A stretch of 64,000 nucleotides of DNA. Origin: Candidatus Altimarinota bacterium. Its GTDB lineage: Bacteria > Patescibacteriota > Gracilibacteria > CAIRYL01 > GCA-016699755. Each line of letters begins with the position of its first letter. The stretch's first letter is position 1. Positions 27,323 through 39,246 of this stretch are shown here, piece after piece. The position numbers were made by a program, and so were the translations under genes. The stretch covers positions 288,001-352,000 of the forward strand of contig OY760935.1 in assembly GCA_963664295.1 (NCBI GenBank), read 5' to 3'. The notes below the pieces were generated by a model. That model saw only the letters and a list, made by a program, of their open reading frames with translations. It was not told the DNA's origin and did not search any database.

Positions 27323-30300
27323 ATGAACACAGAAATTAAAAAGTTAAAAACCATTTTCCTAACCTTTGTAGTAGGGGTTTTTATGACATTTGGCGGACTT
27401 GCTCACGCAACTCCCGAAGATGGCTTAGGTCCTGATGATCAGCCACCTTCTTGGCCAAGTATCTTTGAGGCTCTTTTGGTGGATTGGGATAGCGCAAAAA
27501 CAGTTGCGCAAAACCTTGTAGAATCCAGCGGAGTTGTGAAAGCTGCTCGCACATTGGTTGATGAAGATAATTCTACTGTTATTGTAAGAGTTTTAGGTGG
27601 AAAAGTTGGTATTGGTGGCAATCCTGAAGATGGATTTCTTCTTTATGTCCATGGTGATTTATGGGCAGAAAACTTAGAAGGTGATAGTGCTGTGTTCAAT
27701 TCTTTAGAAATAAAAACAGATAGTGTTGTTTTACAAGAAGGTTCAATAAGTGGATCAGCCTTGGAAAACGATTCAGTGACTTCTGATCACTTAACAGCAG
27801 ATAGTGTCACTGGTGATCAAATACAAGATGGAAGTGTAGAAAGTGCTGATTTAGCAGAAAATAGTGTTTCTACTAACAATATTATAGACGGTACTATTAA
27901 AGGTTATAATGAAGCAGAAAGTAAGGCAGGAGATATTGCAAAAGACGCAATTACTTCATATGAACTAGCAAGTGATGCTGTGAGCAGTGAGCATATCGAA
28001 AATCATTCAATTACAATTAATGATTTAGATGAAAATATTATTTTTGACTGGGATATGTTCCCAACAGCAAGTCTTGCTTTAAATATGTTTCCTTTGTGGG
28101 ACGGAGAAAACCTTGTTTCTTCTTCACTTTCAGAAACAGATAATTTTATAGCAACAAGCAAAGTATTTAAATTTTCTGCTTATACAGATGATGCTAGTAT
28201 GCCAGCTTGTTCAGCGGAGCTAATTGGCTCAGTTGCTTTTAATTCAGGAGAAGAAAAACTTCTACTTTGTACAAGCGCAGGTTGGCAAGAAATTGGCCAA
28301 GGAGCAGGTGGATCTGCTTTTGCTATCGAAAATCAAGGAGCTTGGTGTGGATACCACGGAATAAATAATGGGACATTAACATCAGTTAAAGAAGCTGTTT
28401 ATGAGTGTGCAGGTTATGATCCTCAAAATTCTTGCCCAGAAGGTTATACACAAGCTTATTTCAGAACTTTACAAGATGATGCTGACACAATTGCTGATGA
28501 AGTTTATACTTGTGTTTATAGTGATTTAAATAAAACTTTCCTTGGCACAGGAGCTCAAGGAGCTTGGTGTGGATATCAAGGAGTAAATGCAGGTTTTGGA
28601 AATTCTGTATATGCTAACAAGATTAGATGTGGATTAAATAATCCAAAAGACTCTTGTCCAGCTGGATACGCTCAAGTTGTATTTAATTTTACTGCTGTTG
28701 ATGGTGATCTTTTAGAGGACACAATTTATTCTTGTGTAAAAACAAGCACAGTAGCAGAGGATTATAATAATGGTTGGTATGGCTGGAGTGGTCAAAATGA
28801 AGAATATAATTCTGTTTATGACGGAATTATTGAAAATAATAACCTCGATCCAGAGGCTGCTTGTGCAGAGGGATATCTAAAAGCTTATTTCTCAACAACA
28901 GCTTATAAGGTTGATGAAAATCCTGACTTTGGCTATTTCTGTGTGAAAAAGCCAGTAGAACAAACTTGTGGAAATTCAATAATAGAAGGAACAGAAGTTT
29001 GTGATGACGGTAATACTACCTCGGGGGATGGATGTGCCTCGGACTGCCTGTCGATGGACCTGGGCTACACCTGCCCTCAACCAGGAGTAGCCTGCCAGCC
29101 CGTTGCCATTTGCGGCAATGGGCAATTTGAAAGTGGGGAGGCGTGTGATGATGGAAATACTGTAAGTGGCGATGGTTGTACTGCTGATTGTCGCTTTATT
29201 GAAACAGTAGGAGGTGACTGTGTTGATTGTCCTAATTGTTGTGGCGATGGTGTTTTGTCTGCCGAAGAAGTTTGTGATGACGGTAATACAGATGGCGGAG
29301 ATGGTTGTGTGGCAGATTGTTCAGAAATTATGCCAGGTTGGAGCTGTCCAGTTCCTGGTGAACCTTGTTATTTTAATTGTGGTAATGGAGATATAGATGC
29401 CGGTGAATATTGTGATGATTTTGATTTACAAAGTGGCGATGGTTGTAATGCAAATTGTCAGGTTGAGCCAGGCTGGGATTGTCCAGCAGATGGTGGTGAA
29501 TGTACTCCGCTTTGTGGAAATGGCGTAGAGGATGTAATGGATGGTTATGTAGAAGAATGTGATGATGGAAATCAAAGATCTGGTGATGGTTGTTCTTTTA
29601 GAGCTTGTCAAAAAGAGCCAGGTTATGAATGTACAGAAGAAGGAGAGCCATGTACTCCTCTTTGTGGAAACAGCACAATTGATATTACTGATGACTATGT
29701 TGAAACTTGTGACGATGGTCCAGACAATAAAGTCTCAAACGACGGCTGTTCTTATCCATATTGTCAATTGGAAGTTCCAGGTTGGGAATGCAATACTGTT
29801 GGCTCAGCTTGTACCCCTATTGTGAGTTGTGGTGATGGTGTTTTACATAATGGAATTATAGTTCCAGAAGAAGACAGAGAAGAATGTGATGACGGTAATG
29901 ATATAGATGGTGATGGTTGTAGCTCAGAGTGTAAAAAAGAAGCTGGCTTTGAGTGTATTGCTGCTGGTTTTCCTTGTGTGGACACATCAACAGAATTGCT
30001 TAACTCTTGTGAAGAATTGCAAAAAATAGGTGATTCAAATTATCCGGAATATCCTATTGATAAAGATTATGCACTTATTGCTGACATAGATTGTTCAATG
30101 ACAAATCCAGCCAATCAACCAGATGGCTACGATGGACCTTGGTCAGATGGCAATGGATTTGTGCCGCTTCCAGAATATGACAATATTTTTGATGGACAAG
30201 GCTATGAAATTAGCAACTTATATATCAATAATAATGCATATCGGATAGGTTTGTTTAGTGGCTTGGCTAGTAATTCAGAAATAAAAAACTTACAATTAAT

Positions 30301-33300
30301 TAATGTTGATATCACAGGAGAAGACAGTTATGTTGGCGCAATAGCAGGATATGGAACTTCAACAATTAACAATGTTTATGTTACTGGTGTTGTAACTGGA
30401 GATGATTATGTTGGTGGCTTAATGGGATCATTAATAGGCTCAGTTGCTGATGCATATTTTAGCGGTACAGTTAATGGTAATTATAGAACTGGTGGATTGG
30501 TAGGCAATTTGAGTGGTTCAATTATTAATTCTAGTGCCATAGTCTCTTTGCCTGCTGATATTTCAGGTTATGGTGACTATAAAGGTGGCATTGCGGGCTA
30601 CTTAGGTGGTTCAGCTCAAAATGTATCTGCTTATGTTGATTTGCTTGAAGGAGATGATTATCTTGGTGGTATAGTTGGCCATAATGGTCAAGTTTATGAT
30701 GCAGATGCTACTGTAAATATTTTAGGAAACAGTTCTCTTGGTGGCATATCAGGTGGAAGTAATGTTTATGATAGCAAGGCTGTTGCTAGTATTCTTGGTA
30801 ATCAATATATTGGCGGTATAATTGGTGGACTTAATAATTATTATTATACTTTAAATAATAATACTGCAACTGTTAGTATTATTGGTGGTAATAATCTTGG
30901 TGGTATATCAGGAAAAAATGGCGGAATAAGATCAAGTTATGCCAGAGGTAGTATTTTAGGTGCTGGTAATATTGGCGGTTTAATGGGTAATATCTACACC
31001 AGTAGTTATGCATCTTTTGTTAATAGTTATGCTGATGTTGATATTAAAGGTTTTTCTTATCTTGGTGGTTTAATTGGTGCTTCTGATAGCAACACAACTT
31101 ACCCAATAAATTGTTATTCATTGGGTAAAATTGAAGGAAAAACTGACAATGTTGGTGCTTTATCAGGTCATCACACTAGTTTCAACAATAATCAAACAAG
31201 TTTTTGGAGTAGTGAATTATCTGGTCAAGAATATCCATTTGTTGGCACTGGCACAGTAGGTGCACAGGATTTAAGCGCAGATGAATTAAAAGATATAAAT
31301 AAATATATAGATGCAGGTTGGAATTTTGATACAGGTGGTGATTGGAAACAAATTTCTGTTAATCATTATCCTTGTCTTGTTTGGCAAGATGATTCCACAT
31401 GCTTACCTGTTGCTTCTCAGTGTGGAAATGGTGTTATTGAAGGACTTGAAACTTGTGATGATTTTAATAACAATAGTGGCGATGGTTGTTCCGCTGATTG
31501 TTTAGCAATAGAGGCTAATTATTCTTGTCCTTATGCTGGATTTGCTTGTGTTTCTGATGACGGCATAGAGATTGACTCTTGTGAAGAATTACAATTAATC
31601 GGTAGAAATAAAAACTATCCTTTGTATGGTAATTATAAATTAAGTAAAAATATTGATTGTTCTGCAACAAATCCGTCAAATGGTGGGTCAGGATTTAATT
31701 CAATAGGTTCATCAACTCCTTTCTTGGGTAAATTTGATGGTAATAACTACAGTATTTCAAATGTTTATTATAGCCGTGGTAGTACTGATGGTTCTTATAC
31801 ATCTTCTGGTATTTTTTATAACACTCTCTTTGCAGAGATTAAAAATGTAAAAGTGGAAAATTTTTCTGCAGGAGGTACTTATGTTGCTGGAGTGGTGCAT
31901 AATGCTGTGGACACAGTTATTGATAATTGTTTTGTATCAACAACACAAACAGGAAATTATTTTGGAGGTATAGCTTATTCTGCTAATTATTCAACCATCA
32001 AAAATTCTTCTGCTTCCATATCTGGTGGAAATAGTGGATACATAGGAGGAATTGTCTATTGGCCATATAATAGTAATATTACTAATTGTTCCACAAATTT
32101 AGAGCTAACAGGGAATAATATTAGATATATAGGTGGTATTGTTGGTGGAAAATCTAGTGACAATCAAGGTAATACAATAATTGATAATTGTTCAGCAACT
32201 TTAAGCTTTGATGGCACTAACAGCTCTCTTTATGTTGGCGGTATTATTGGTTACTTAAATGATCAAACTCAAGTTTTAAATTCCTCTGCCAATGTTGACA
32301 TTGTCACTAATGGTGAAGGTAGCCACTTAGGCGGTATCGTTGGTTATGCTACTTATGGTGGCGGTAAAATTATCAATTCTTCAGCAAGTGGCTATATTGA
32401 AGGACATCAAAACTTAGGTGGCATTGTGGGCTATATAAATAATGGTGCTCAAATTGATGGTTCTTATGCTGACATTATTGTTAATGGAACTAAAATTTTA
32501 GGAGGTATTGCAGGCTATGTTTATAGATCAGGATCTATTATTAATTCTTATTCAACAGGTGCTGTTTATGGCGATGAGTATATTAGTGGATTAGCTGGCT
32601 ATGTTTATGTAAACAATAACTCAGCTCCTACTTTTGAAAATAACTACAGTCTTGCAAGTGTTGACTATGAACGCTTTGGAGGAACTCTTGTTGGTGCTGT
32701 TACTAAAACTAATATTAGTTATCCTGATGTAAATCTTGATTCAAATTTTGCTTATCAAAGAAGCACAGAAGTAGAAATACCAATTTGTGGCTCAACTGGC
32801 TATATAGGCGGTATTAGTTTGTTGGTTGATCAACTAAAAGAGCAAACAATATTCGAAGACGCAGGTTGGGATTATACAACTCCAGTATGGAAACAAGAAA
32901 ATATTGATCCACCTCGTGAATTTGCGCCTTGTCTTGCTTGGCAAGATGCAGAAGATTGCTATTCAGTAGATGATTTAAGTTGTGGAAATGGTCAATTGCA
33001 AGGTGAAGAAACTTGTGATGACATGAACAATATTAGTGGTGATGGTTGTACTGATAAATGTGCTGTAGAAGATGGCTGGAATTGTTATCAAGATCCTTTT
33101 ATTGACGAAACAAGCATGAATGGTGTCACTCGTTGTACAAAAGCAACTTTGATTCAAGATTGTGCAGGTTTGCAGGCAATTGAAAGCGACCTAGATGCTG
33201 ATTATGAAATTATTAAAGATATTGATTGTAGTGAAACAGCAACTTGGAACCCAGATGGTTCAGGTGGATATTATGGCTTTAATCCAATTGGCTTAATAAA

Positions 33301-35494
33301 CGCACCATTTACAGGTACTCTTGATGGTCGTGGACATGAAATAACTGGTCTAACCATTGAAAGAAACGAAAACAGGGTTGGTTTATTTAATAACACAGAA
33401 AATGCAACTATAAAAATGCTAGGACTAAAAGATGTTTATATTAAAGGTATTTCTCAGGTTGGCGGTCTTGTTGGTGGTGCAGGTAATAGCACATTAATTT
33501 CAGAATGTTTTGTTACAGGCCTTGTGCAAGCAATTAACACTGGTCAATCAAGTACTCAAATAGGAGGTATAGTGGGAAGTGGCGCAGGAATAAACATTGG
33601 GGATTCTTATGTCATTGTTAATACAAGTGGTTATGATTCCGTTGGTAGTATTGCGGGTAACTTAAATAGTAGCCATATTATACGTGTTTACTCTGATAGT
33701 ACTGTTGGTGGAGAATTATTAGATTCTTATGTTGGTAGTATCGCAGGTTTTGCAAATGATATTGATTATGCTTACTGGAATATTGATAAAAATAATTACG
33801 AACCTTGTGGAAATATTTGTTCTGCAACTGGTTTAACAACAGAACAAATGTTTGAGTTAAATAGCTTCCCTCAATTTGCTTCAAATATCTGGAAATTACC
33901 AACAACTGGCACATCTCCTTGTCTTGCTTGGCAAGAAGATGAGAATTGTCCAGGCTATGTTCTTGATCCAATTGGAATTTCTTCCTGTGAAGATTTACAA
34001 AAAATAGGAAAAGAAGAAGAATATCCTATGAATGGTAGATATATTCTTACTCAAAATATTGATTGTAGTGAAACAGTAACTTGGAACCCAGATGGTACAG
34101 GCGGATACTTTGGCTTTGAGCCATTAGGTGAATTTATAGGAGTTTTTGAAGGAAATAATAAAACAATTACTGGTCTATATATCAATAGGCCTACTGAAAA
34201 TACAATTGGATTATTTTCTACATTAAAAGGCGCAGAAGTAAGAAACCTTGGATTAGTTGGTTTAAACATTACTGGTGGTAGCCAAACTGGTGGTCTAGCT
34301 GGTGCAACCCTTAATCAAACTGAGATTGTTAATGTTTATACCAAGGGAACAGTGAGTGGTGCACCAAGTCAAAACAGAATTGGCGGTCTTATAGGACAGC
34401 AAAATTATACAATAGTAGACAATTGTTACTCAGAAGCCACAGTGACAGGATATGACTATTATGTTGGTGGTTTGGTTGGTGAATTAAAATCAAGCTCAGA
34501 GATTAAAAATTCTCATACAACAGGTGATGTCAATAGTAGTAGCACTTCTGTTGGTGGTTTAGCTGGGGTTAGCAATGCTTCAATAGTAGATAATTGTTAT
34601 TCTACTTCCAGTGTGAAAGGTGGCAATAGCACTGGCGGTTTAATTGGTAATGCTAATAGTGCTGGTGGAAAAACCATAAATTCTCACGCAACAGGTGAAG
34701 TAGAGGGTAACAATAGTGTTGGTGGTTTAATTGGACTTAATCAAACTGCAAAGGTTGACAATTGTTATTCAGAGGCTACAGTGACAGCCAATAGCAAAGT
34801 TGGTGGATTAATAGGGTCAAATCAATATGCAGAAGTTTCTAATTCACATAATACTGGATCAGTCACTGCAAGTAGTGGTTATGCTGGTGGTTTGGTTGGA
34901 GAAAATACTAGTAGTTCAGCTAAAATTACAAATTCTTATAATACTGGATCAGTCACTGCAACTGGTAATTATGCTGGTGGTTTAACTGGCTATAATTTTA
35001 ATAATGCAATAGTTGAATATTCGTACAATACTGGATTAGTCACTGGAGCTATGTATGTTGGTGGTTTGGCTGGTTATAATTATTTCCCAAATACCAAAAT
35101 TGCAAGCTCATATAACACTGGTACAGTGTCAGGTAATAGTTATATGGGAGGTGTGGTTGGACAAAATACTAGCAATGCTATAGTTTCAAACTCATATAAT
35201 ACTGGTGTAGTTGTAGACTTAGATGGTAATTCAGATACTGTTGCTGGCTTGGTTGGTAGAAATGCAGGAATAGTTGAAAATTCTTACTACAACACAGAAA
35301 CATCAAATCAAACAAGTACTTGTGGCACTATACTTCCTTGTGCTGAAGCAGGATTAACAAGTGCAGAAATGAGTACATCAAGTAATTTTTCAACTTGGAT
35401 ATTCTCACCAACTCCTGATGCAGACTGGCAATTACCAACAGGCGGTACATCTCCTTGCTTAATTTGGCAAGATACAGCAACTTGCCCACAATAA
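27323..35494 (+). CDS. Giant (2723 aa) secreted modular adhesin: fibre-like N-terminus, Cys-rich DUF4215-type repeats, four GLUG-type beta-helix modules
   Basis: Signal peptide; [14 protein letters not shown]; 10-aa DSVTS/NSVST repeats; many CG(N/D)G..E.CDDGN..SGDGC; many YVGGL(V/I)G and GGI(V/A)G motifs. Confidence 0.85.
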   Translation: MNTEIKKLKTIFLTFVVGVFMTFGGLAHATPEDGLGPDDQPPSWPSIFEALLVDWDSAKTVAQNLVESSGVVKAARTLVDEDNSTVIVRVLGGKVGIGGNPEDGFLLYVHGDLWAENLEGDSAVFNSLEIKTDSVVLQEGSISGSALENDSVTSDHLTADSVTGDQIQDGSVESADLAENSVSTNNIIDGTIKGYNEAESKAGDIAKDAITSYELASDAVSSEHIENHSITINDLDENIIFDWDMFPTASLALNMFPLWDGENLVSSSLSETDNFIATSKVFKFSAYTDDASMPACSAELIGSVAFNSGEEKLLLCTSAGWQEIGQGAGGSAFAIENQGAWCGYHGINNGTLTSVKEAVYECAGYDPQNSCPEGYTQAYFRTLQDDADTIADEVYTCVYSDLNKTFLGTGAQGAWCGYQGVNAGFGNSVYANKIRCGLNNPKDSCPAGYAQVVFNFTAVDGDLLEDTIYSCVKTSTVAEDYNNGWYGWSGQNEEYNSVYDGIIENNNLDPEAACAEGYLKAYFSTTAYKVDENPDFGYFCVKKPVEQTCGNSIIEGTEVCDDGNTTSGDGCASDCLSMDLGYTCPQPGVACQPVAICGNGQFESGEACDDGNTVSGDGCTADCRFIETVGGDCVDCPNCCGDGVLSAEEVCDDGNTDGGDGCVADCSEIMPGWSCPVPGEPCYFNCGNGDIDAGEYCDDFDLQSGDGCNANCQVEPGWDCPADGGECTPLCGNGVEDVMDGYVEECDDGNQRSGDGCSFRACQKEPGYECTEEGEPCTPLCGNSTIDITDDYVETCDDGPDNKVSNDGCSYPYCQLEVPGWECNTVGSACTPIVSCGDGVLHNGIIVPEEDREECDDGNDIDGDGCSSECKKEAGFECIAAGFPCVDTSTELLNSCEELQKIGDSNYPEYPIDKDYALIADIDCSMTNPANQPDGYDGPWSDGNGFVPLPEYDNIFDGQGYEISNLYINNNAYRIGLFSGLASNSEIKNLQLINVDITGEDSYVGAIAGYGTSTINNVYVTGVVTGDDYVGGLMGSLIGSVADAYFSGTVNGNYRTGGLVGNLSGSIINSSAIVSLPADISGYGDYKGGIAGYLGGSAQNVSAYVDLLEGDDYLGGIVGHNGQVYDADATVNILGNSSLGGISGGSNVYDSKAVASILGNQYIGGIIGGLNNYYYTLNNNTATVSIIGGNNLGGISGKNGGIRSSYARGSILGAGNIGGLMGNIYTSSYASFVNSYADVDIKGFSYLGGLIGASDSNTTYPINCYSLGKIEGKTDNVGALSGHHTSFNNNQTSFWSSELSGQEYPFVGTGTVGAQDLSADELKDINKYIDAGWNFDTGGDWKQISVNHYPCLVWQDDSTCLPVASQCGNGVIEGLETCDDFNNNSGDGCSADCLAIEANYSCPYAGFACVSDDGIEIDSCEELQLIGRNKNYPLYGNYKLSKNIDCSATNPSNGGSGFNSIGSSTPFLGKFDGNNYSISNVYYSRGSTDGSYTSSGIFYNTLFAEIKNVKVENFSAGGTYVAGVVHNAVDTVIDNCFVSTTQTGNYFGGIAYSANYSTIKNSSASISGGNSGYIGGIVYWPYNSNITNCSTNLELTGNNIRYIGGIVGGKSSDNQGNTIIDNCSATLSFDGTNSSLYVGGIIGYLNDQTQVLNSSANVDIVTNGEGSHLGGIVGYATYGGGKIINSSASGYIEGHQNLGGIVGYINNGAQIDGSYADIIVNGTKILGGIAGYVYRSGSIINSYSTGAVYGDEYISGLAGYVYVNNNSAPTFENNYSLASVDYERFGGTLVGAVTKTNISYPDVNLDSNFAYQRSTEVEIPICGSTGYIGGISLLVDQLKEQTIFEDAGWDYTTPVWKQENIDPPREFAPCLAWQDAEDCYSVDDLSCGNGQLQGEETCDDMNNISGDGCTDKCAVEDGWNCYQDPFIDETSMNGVTRCTKATLIQDCAGLQAIESDLDADYEIIKDIDCSETATWNPDGSGGYYGFNPIGLINAPFTGTLDGRGHEITGLTIERNENRVGLFNNTENATIKMLGLKDVYIKGISQVGGLVGGAGNSTLISECFVTGLVQAINTGQSSTQIGGIVGSGAGINIGDSYVIVNTSGYDSVGSIAGNLNSSHIIRVYSDSTVGGELLDSYVGSIAGFANDIDYAYWNIDKNNYEPCGNICSATGLTTEQMFELNSFPQFASNIWKLPTTGTSPCLAWQEDENCPGYVLDPIGISSCEDLQKIGKEEEYPMNGRYILTQNIDCSETVTWNPDGTGGYFGFEPLGEFIGVFEGNNKTITGLYINRPTENTIGLFSTLKGAEVRNLGLVGLNITGGSQTGGLAGATLNQTEIVNVYTKGTVSGAPSQNRIGGLIGQQNYTIVDNCYSEATVTGYDYYVGGLVGELKSSSEIKNSHTTGDVNSSSTSVGGLAGVSNASIVDNCYSTSSVKGGNSTGGLIGNANSAGGKTINSHATGEVEGNNSVGGLIGLNQTAKVDNCYSEATVTANSKVGGLIGSNQYAEVSNSHNTGSVTASSGYAGGLVGENTSSSAKITNSYNTGSVTATGNYAGGLTGYNFNNAIVEYSYNTGLVTGAMYVGGLAGYNYFPNTKIASSYNTGTVSGNSYMGGVVGQNTSNAIVSNSYNTGVVVDLDGNSDTVAGLVGRNAGIVENSYYNTETSNQTSTCGTILPCAEAGLTSAEMSTSSNFSTWIFSPTPDADWQLPTGGTSPCLIWQDTATCPQ

Positions 35495-35518
35495 ATAAGC
35501 TAGATTTACAGTAAAAAA

Positions 35519-35552
35519 TAAAACCTCGCCTTAAAAAAGCGGGGTTTTTATT
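35519..35552. terminator. Bidirectional terminator
   Basis: TAAAACCTCGC-cttaaaaaa-GCGGGGTTTTTA between convergent genes. Confidence 0.75.
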
Positions 35553-35955
35553 ATTCACAAGCAAATTTTCCTTTAATGTTTTTATTAAATTCACTACCAA
35601 ACGAGCTAGCAGACTTAAAATCTTCCCAAATAGACAAAGGTAAGGAGCAATAATGATAATAAGTGCCACTCAAGTTGATAACCATGTATTCATTTTCTGC
35701 ATCATACCATGCACCACGAACCCAAGAGCTTTTTGATGTATCTAATTCCTCAAAAAGAGCAATATCCACAGGTTCATCACAATATTTTACATCAACTAGT
35801 TTTGGCTCTTGTTTTGGTTCAGATTTTTCTTCTATGATTTTTATTTCTTCTGTAAGCTCTTGATTTATATTATTAACAGGGGACTGCTCAACTTCTTTTT
35901 GCGCACAGGCAGAAAAACTTAAACACAAAATAAAAATTAAGATTATTTTTTTCAT
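35551..35955 (-). CDS. Lipoprotein with C-terminal KTSC domain
   Basis: Lipobox-like FSAC; SSWVRGAWYDAENEYMVINLSGTYYHYCSLPLSIWEDFKSASSFGSEFNKNIKGKF fits the KTSC consensus SS.I....YD.....L.+.F..G..Y.Y..VP......L..A.S.G.+FN..I+. Confidence 0.85.
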   Translation of the reverse strand: MKKIILIFILCLSFSACAQKEVEQSPVNNINQELTEEIKIIEEKSEPKQEPKLVDVKYCDEPVDIALFEELDTSKSSWVRGAWYDAENEYMVINLSGTYYHYCSLPLSIWEDFKSASSFGSEFNKNIKGKFACE

Positions 35956-36010
35956 TTGTTGATTATAAAATATTGCTTTATTATTAAAATATGTTTTTAC
36001 CGTATTTACA

Positions 36011-36679
36011 ATGAAAAAATTAGCTCTTATCTTTTCTTTTGTGCTTTTGTTGCCCTTTGTTGCTTTGGCAGGGGATTATTTTTCTGATGTTCCTGCAAGT
36101 CATCCAAACAGCACAGCAATTTATTATATGAAAGAAAAATTTATTCTAAAAGGCTACGAAGATGGCACTTTTCGTCCTGAAAACGCTGTTAATCGTGCTG
36201 AATTGATGAAAATTATTGTTGAATCAAATCCAATGGACTTTGTTTCCGAAGAATATGACAAAACTTGTTTTACTGACACTAAACAAGGTCAATGGTTTAC
36301 GCCATATATTTGCTATGCCCGTGCAAAAGGCTGGGTATCAGGTTATAAAGATGGAACTTTTGGTCCTGAAAAAAAAGTAACCAAAGCAGAGGCAATTAAA
36401 ATGGTGCTTGAAGCCTATGGTTTTTATATACCTGATTCTGTTAATAAAACTTCTTTTGAAGATGTAAAAACTGACGACTGGTTTGCGATTTATGTAGAAA
36501 GAGCTTATAAGCTTACTCTTATTGATTCTGATGATGGTAATTATTTGCACCCAAATGAACCAATTACTCGTGCTGGAATAAGTCAGCTGATTTATAATGT
36601 AATTATGTTGTCTTTTGATGATATGGATGCAATTTCTGGCGAAACTGGTCGAGGTGTCTCTGGTGAACTTGGTAGATAA
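36011..36679 (+). CDS. S-layer homology (SLH) domain protein
   Basis: Signal peptide; FSDVP, GYEDGTFRPENAVNRAE, GYKDGTFGPEKKVTKAE, HPNEPITRA. Confidence 0.92.
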   Translation: MKKLALIFSFVLLLPFVALAGDYFSDVPASHPNSTAIYYMKEKFILKGYEDGTFRPENAVNRAELMKIIVESNPMDFVSEEYDKTCFTDTKQGQWFTPYICYARAKGWVSGYKDGTFGPEKKVTKAEAIKMVLEAYGFYIPDSVNKTSFEDVKTDDWFAIYVERAYKLTLIDSDDGNYLHPNEPITRAGISQLIYNVIMLSFDDMDAISGETGRGVSGELGR

Positions 36680-36795
36680 ATAAAAATCAATTTACCCTTG
36701 CTTTTTCTGGTTAGTTCAGGCAAAATGCAGTAGATTTCGCTTTTTTGGATACATATTTTGTGTCTGAAACTGCCGACTATATTACCTATAACCCT

Positions 36796-37059
36796 ATGAA
36801 AAGAGAAGATAAAAAAGATTTAATGCAAAAACACGGTGCACACAAGAAAGACACAGGTTCTGCACCAGTGCAAATTGCTATTCTTACTGATAAGATTAAG
36901 TATCTCACAGGACATTTAAAAACACACCCAAAAGATGATCACAGCAGAAGGGGATTGTTATTGATGGTTGGAAAACGCAGAAAATTACTTAATTTTTTGA
37001 AAAACAGAGACAAGCCCGCTTATGTTAAACTTGTGGAAGACTTAGGACTTAGACACTAA
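36796..37059 (+). CDS. rpsO: 30S ribosomal protein S15
   Basis: [35 protein letters not shown]; ATG at 36796. Confidence 0.98.
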   Translation: MKREDKKDLMQKHGAHKKDTGSAPVQIAILTDKIKYLTGHLKTHPKDDHSRRGLLLMVGKRRKLLNFLKNRDKPAYVKLVEDLGLRH

Positions 37060-37072
37060 AATCAGTTTTCAT

Positions 37073-37108
37073 AAAAAAAGGAGCTACTTAGCTCCTCTTT
37101 TTCTTTTT
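37073..37108 (+). terminator. Terminator-like hairpin between rpsO and pnp
   Basis: AAAAGGAGCTA-ct-TAGCTCCTCTTTTT. Confidence 0.7.
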
Positions 37109-37138
37109 GGATAATTAAAAAATTTTTAAATAAATATA

Positions 37139-39241
37139 ATGAAAGAAGTAAAAATATTTTCCCTTATGCTAGGTGACAAAGAAATAACCGTTGAGTTTGG
37201 TCGTTTAGCAGATCAGGCTGATGGAGCTTGTACTGTTCGTTGTGGTGATACTGTTGTACTTGCTACTGCAGTAATCAGTAAAAACCCACCTCGTGATGGT
37301 GTTGATTTTTTGCCTTTAATGGTGAATTTTCAAGAAAGATATTATGCGTCTGGATCTATTAAATCCAGTCGTTTTATGAAAAGAGAGTCAAGACCTGCTG
37401 ATGACAAAATTTTAATCAGTCGTTTAATTGATCGCTCAATACGCCCACTTTTTCCAAAATACGTAAGGCAAGATATGCAAGTTATGATTTATCCTTTAAG
37501 TTATGATGGTACTGAGCAACATGATATTCTTGGAGCTTTGGCAGCTAGTGCGGCTTTGACAGTATCAAAAATACCTTTCGAAGGCCCAATAGCTACAGTT
37601 CGTGTTGGCATGATAAATGGTGAGTTTGTTCTTAATCCAACCACAGAAGCAAGAGAAAAATCAGATCTTGATCTTGTTGTTTCTTCAACAGAAGAAAATG
37701 TTGTCATGATTGAGGCTGGTGCCAATGAAATATCAGAAGAAAAAATGCTTGAGGCAATTGCTTTTGGTAAAAAATGGGCTAAAAAGATTTGTGCTTTTAT
37801 TAATGAAATTAGAGCAGAAATTGGTGACGAAAAATTAGAAATTACTAAACCAGAAACAAACGAGGAAATGGAAAATTTTGTTCGTGACAATTTTGGTACA
37901 ATAATTGATGAAGCAATTTTTGAATATCCAGTTAAACTAGAGCGTATAGCACGCAAAAAAGAAATTATCACTGAAATAGAAGAAAAAATAAAAGAAACCC
38001 AAGGTGAAGAAGCTGATTTAAGCGGAGTTGCTCCTGCTTTTAATGCTGTTTTTAAGGAAAAAATCAGGGGATTTATTTTAAATGAGGAAAAAAGAATTGC
38101 AGGTAGAAAATTAACAGAAATTCGTCCATTAAAAACTGAAGTAGGTGTTTTGCCTCGCACACACGGTAGTGCAATATTTACCAGAGGAGAAACACAGGGT
38201 CTTACAATAGCTACTTTGGGTGGCCCTGGTGATCAATTAATTACAGAAGGAATAGAAGGTGAGGCAAAACATAGATTTTTTCATTACTACACATTCCCAC
38301 CGTTTTCAGTAGGAGAATGTTCTAACAGGCTTTTTACTGGCAATCGTGAAATTGGTCATGGTGCATTGGCACAAAGAGCATTAGAGCCTGTTTTACCATC
38401 TGCAAAAGATTTTGCTTATACAATAATGGCAAATACAGACATAATGGCTTCAAATGGATCTTCTTCTATGGCCGCAACTTGCGGAACAACATTAGCTCTT
38501 ATGGACGCAGGTGTACCAATCAAAGCTCCTGTTTCTGGTATTGCAATGGGCTTAATGACTGATGAAACAGGTAATTATAAAATTCTTTCAGACATTCAAG
38601 ATGATGAAGACTTTGGTGGTGATATGGATTTTAAAGTGACAGGAACAGAAAATGGTATTACAGCAATTCAAATGGATATCAAAATTAAAGGATTATCACA
38701 AGAAATTTTTGAAAAAGCTTTAGCACAAGCCAAACAAGGCAGAATGGAAATTCTTGAAAAAATGCTAGCAACAATTCCAGAATACAGAAAAGAGCTATCT
38801 CCATATGCACCTTCTTTAATTACAATGCAAATTAATCCAGAAAAAATTCGTGATGTAATTGGCAAAGGAGGAGAAACAATCAATAAGATTATTGATGAAA
38901 CAGGAGTTGAAATGGATATTGAACAAGATGGCACAGTAGTAATTACTGCAAAAGATCAAGAAGGCGGAAAAAGAGCTCAAGAATGGGTACTAAAACTCAC
39001 AGCTGATCCAGAACTAGGCAAAATATACGAAGGAAAAGTAGTAAGAATAGAGGAATATGGTGCTTTTGTGGAAATTATGAACGGACACCAAGGATTACTT
39101 CATGTTTCTTTAATTTCTAACGAAAGAATTCCAAGCGTAAAAGATGTCTTAAAAATGGGACAAATTGTAAAAGTGCAACTTGTTGAAATAGACAACCTTG
39201 GTCGCTTGAAATTAGCAATGAAAGGTGTGCCCCAGGATTGA
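37139..39241 (+). CDS. pnp: Polyribonucleotide nucleotidyltransferase
   Basis: RLIDRSIRPLFP, RTHGSAIFTRGETQ, REIGHG, SNGSSSMA, GDMDFKV, KH and S1 domains. Confidence 0.98.
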   Translation: MKEVKIFSLMLGDKEITVEFGRLADQADGACTVRCGDTVVLATAVISKNPPRDGVDFLPLMVNFQERYYASGSIKSSRFMKRESRPADDKILISRLIDRSIRPLFPKYVRQDMQVMIYPLSYDGTEQHDILGALAASAALTVSKIPFEGPIATVRVGMINGEFVLNPTTEAREKSDLDLVVSSTEENVVMIEAGANEISEEKMLEAIAFGKKWAKKICAFINEIRAEIGDEKLEITKPETNEEMENFVRDNFGTIIDEAIFEYPVKLERIARKKEIITEIEEKIKETQGEEADLSGVAPAFNAVFKEKIRGFILNEEKRIAGRKLTEIRPLKTEVGVLPRTHGSAIFTRGETQGLTIATLGGPGDQLITEGIEGEAKHRFFHYYTFPPFSVGECSNRLFTGNREIGHGALAQRALEPVLPSAKDFAYTIMANTDIMASNGSSSMAATCGTTLALMDAGVPIKAPVSGIAMGLMTDETGNYKILSDIQDDEDFGGDMDFKVTGTENGITAIQMDIKIKGLSQEIFEKALAQAKQGRMEILEKMLATIPEYRKELSPYAPSLITMQINPEKIRDVIGKGGETINKIIDETGVEMDIEQDGTVVITAKDQEGGKRAQEWVLKLTADPELGKIYEGKVVRIEEYGAFVEIMNGHQGLLHVSLISNERIPSVKDVLKMGQIVKVQLVEIDNLGRLKLAMKGVPQD

Positions 39242-39246
39242 ACAAA

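Noticed and set aside
27323-35494. Shufflon or diversity-generating retroelement acting on the adhesin
   Set aside because: No recombinase, inverted cassette or reverse transcriptase seen, and no template/variable repeat pair differing only at adenines.
36700-36795. S15 autoregulatory leader RNA
   Set aside because: Plausible by position, but I could not identify a convincing structure by eye.
37501-38160. 219-aa antisense ORF in pnp (also 19870-20472 in ppdK, 5985-6371 in A2M, and similar)
   Set aside because: Antisense shadows of conserved genes; Ser/Ile/Phe-rich with no motifs.
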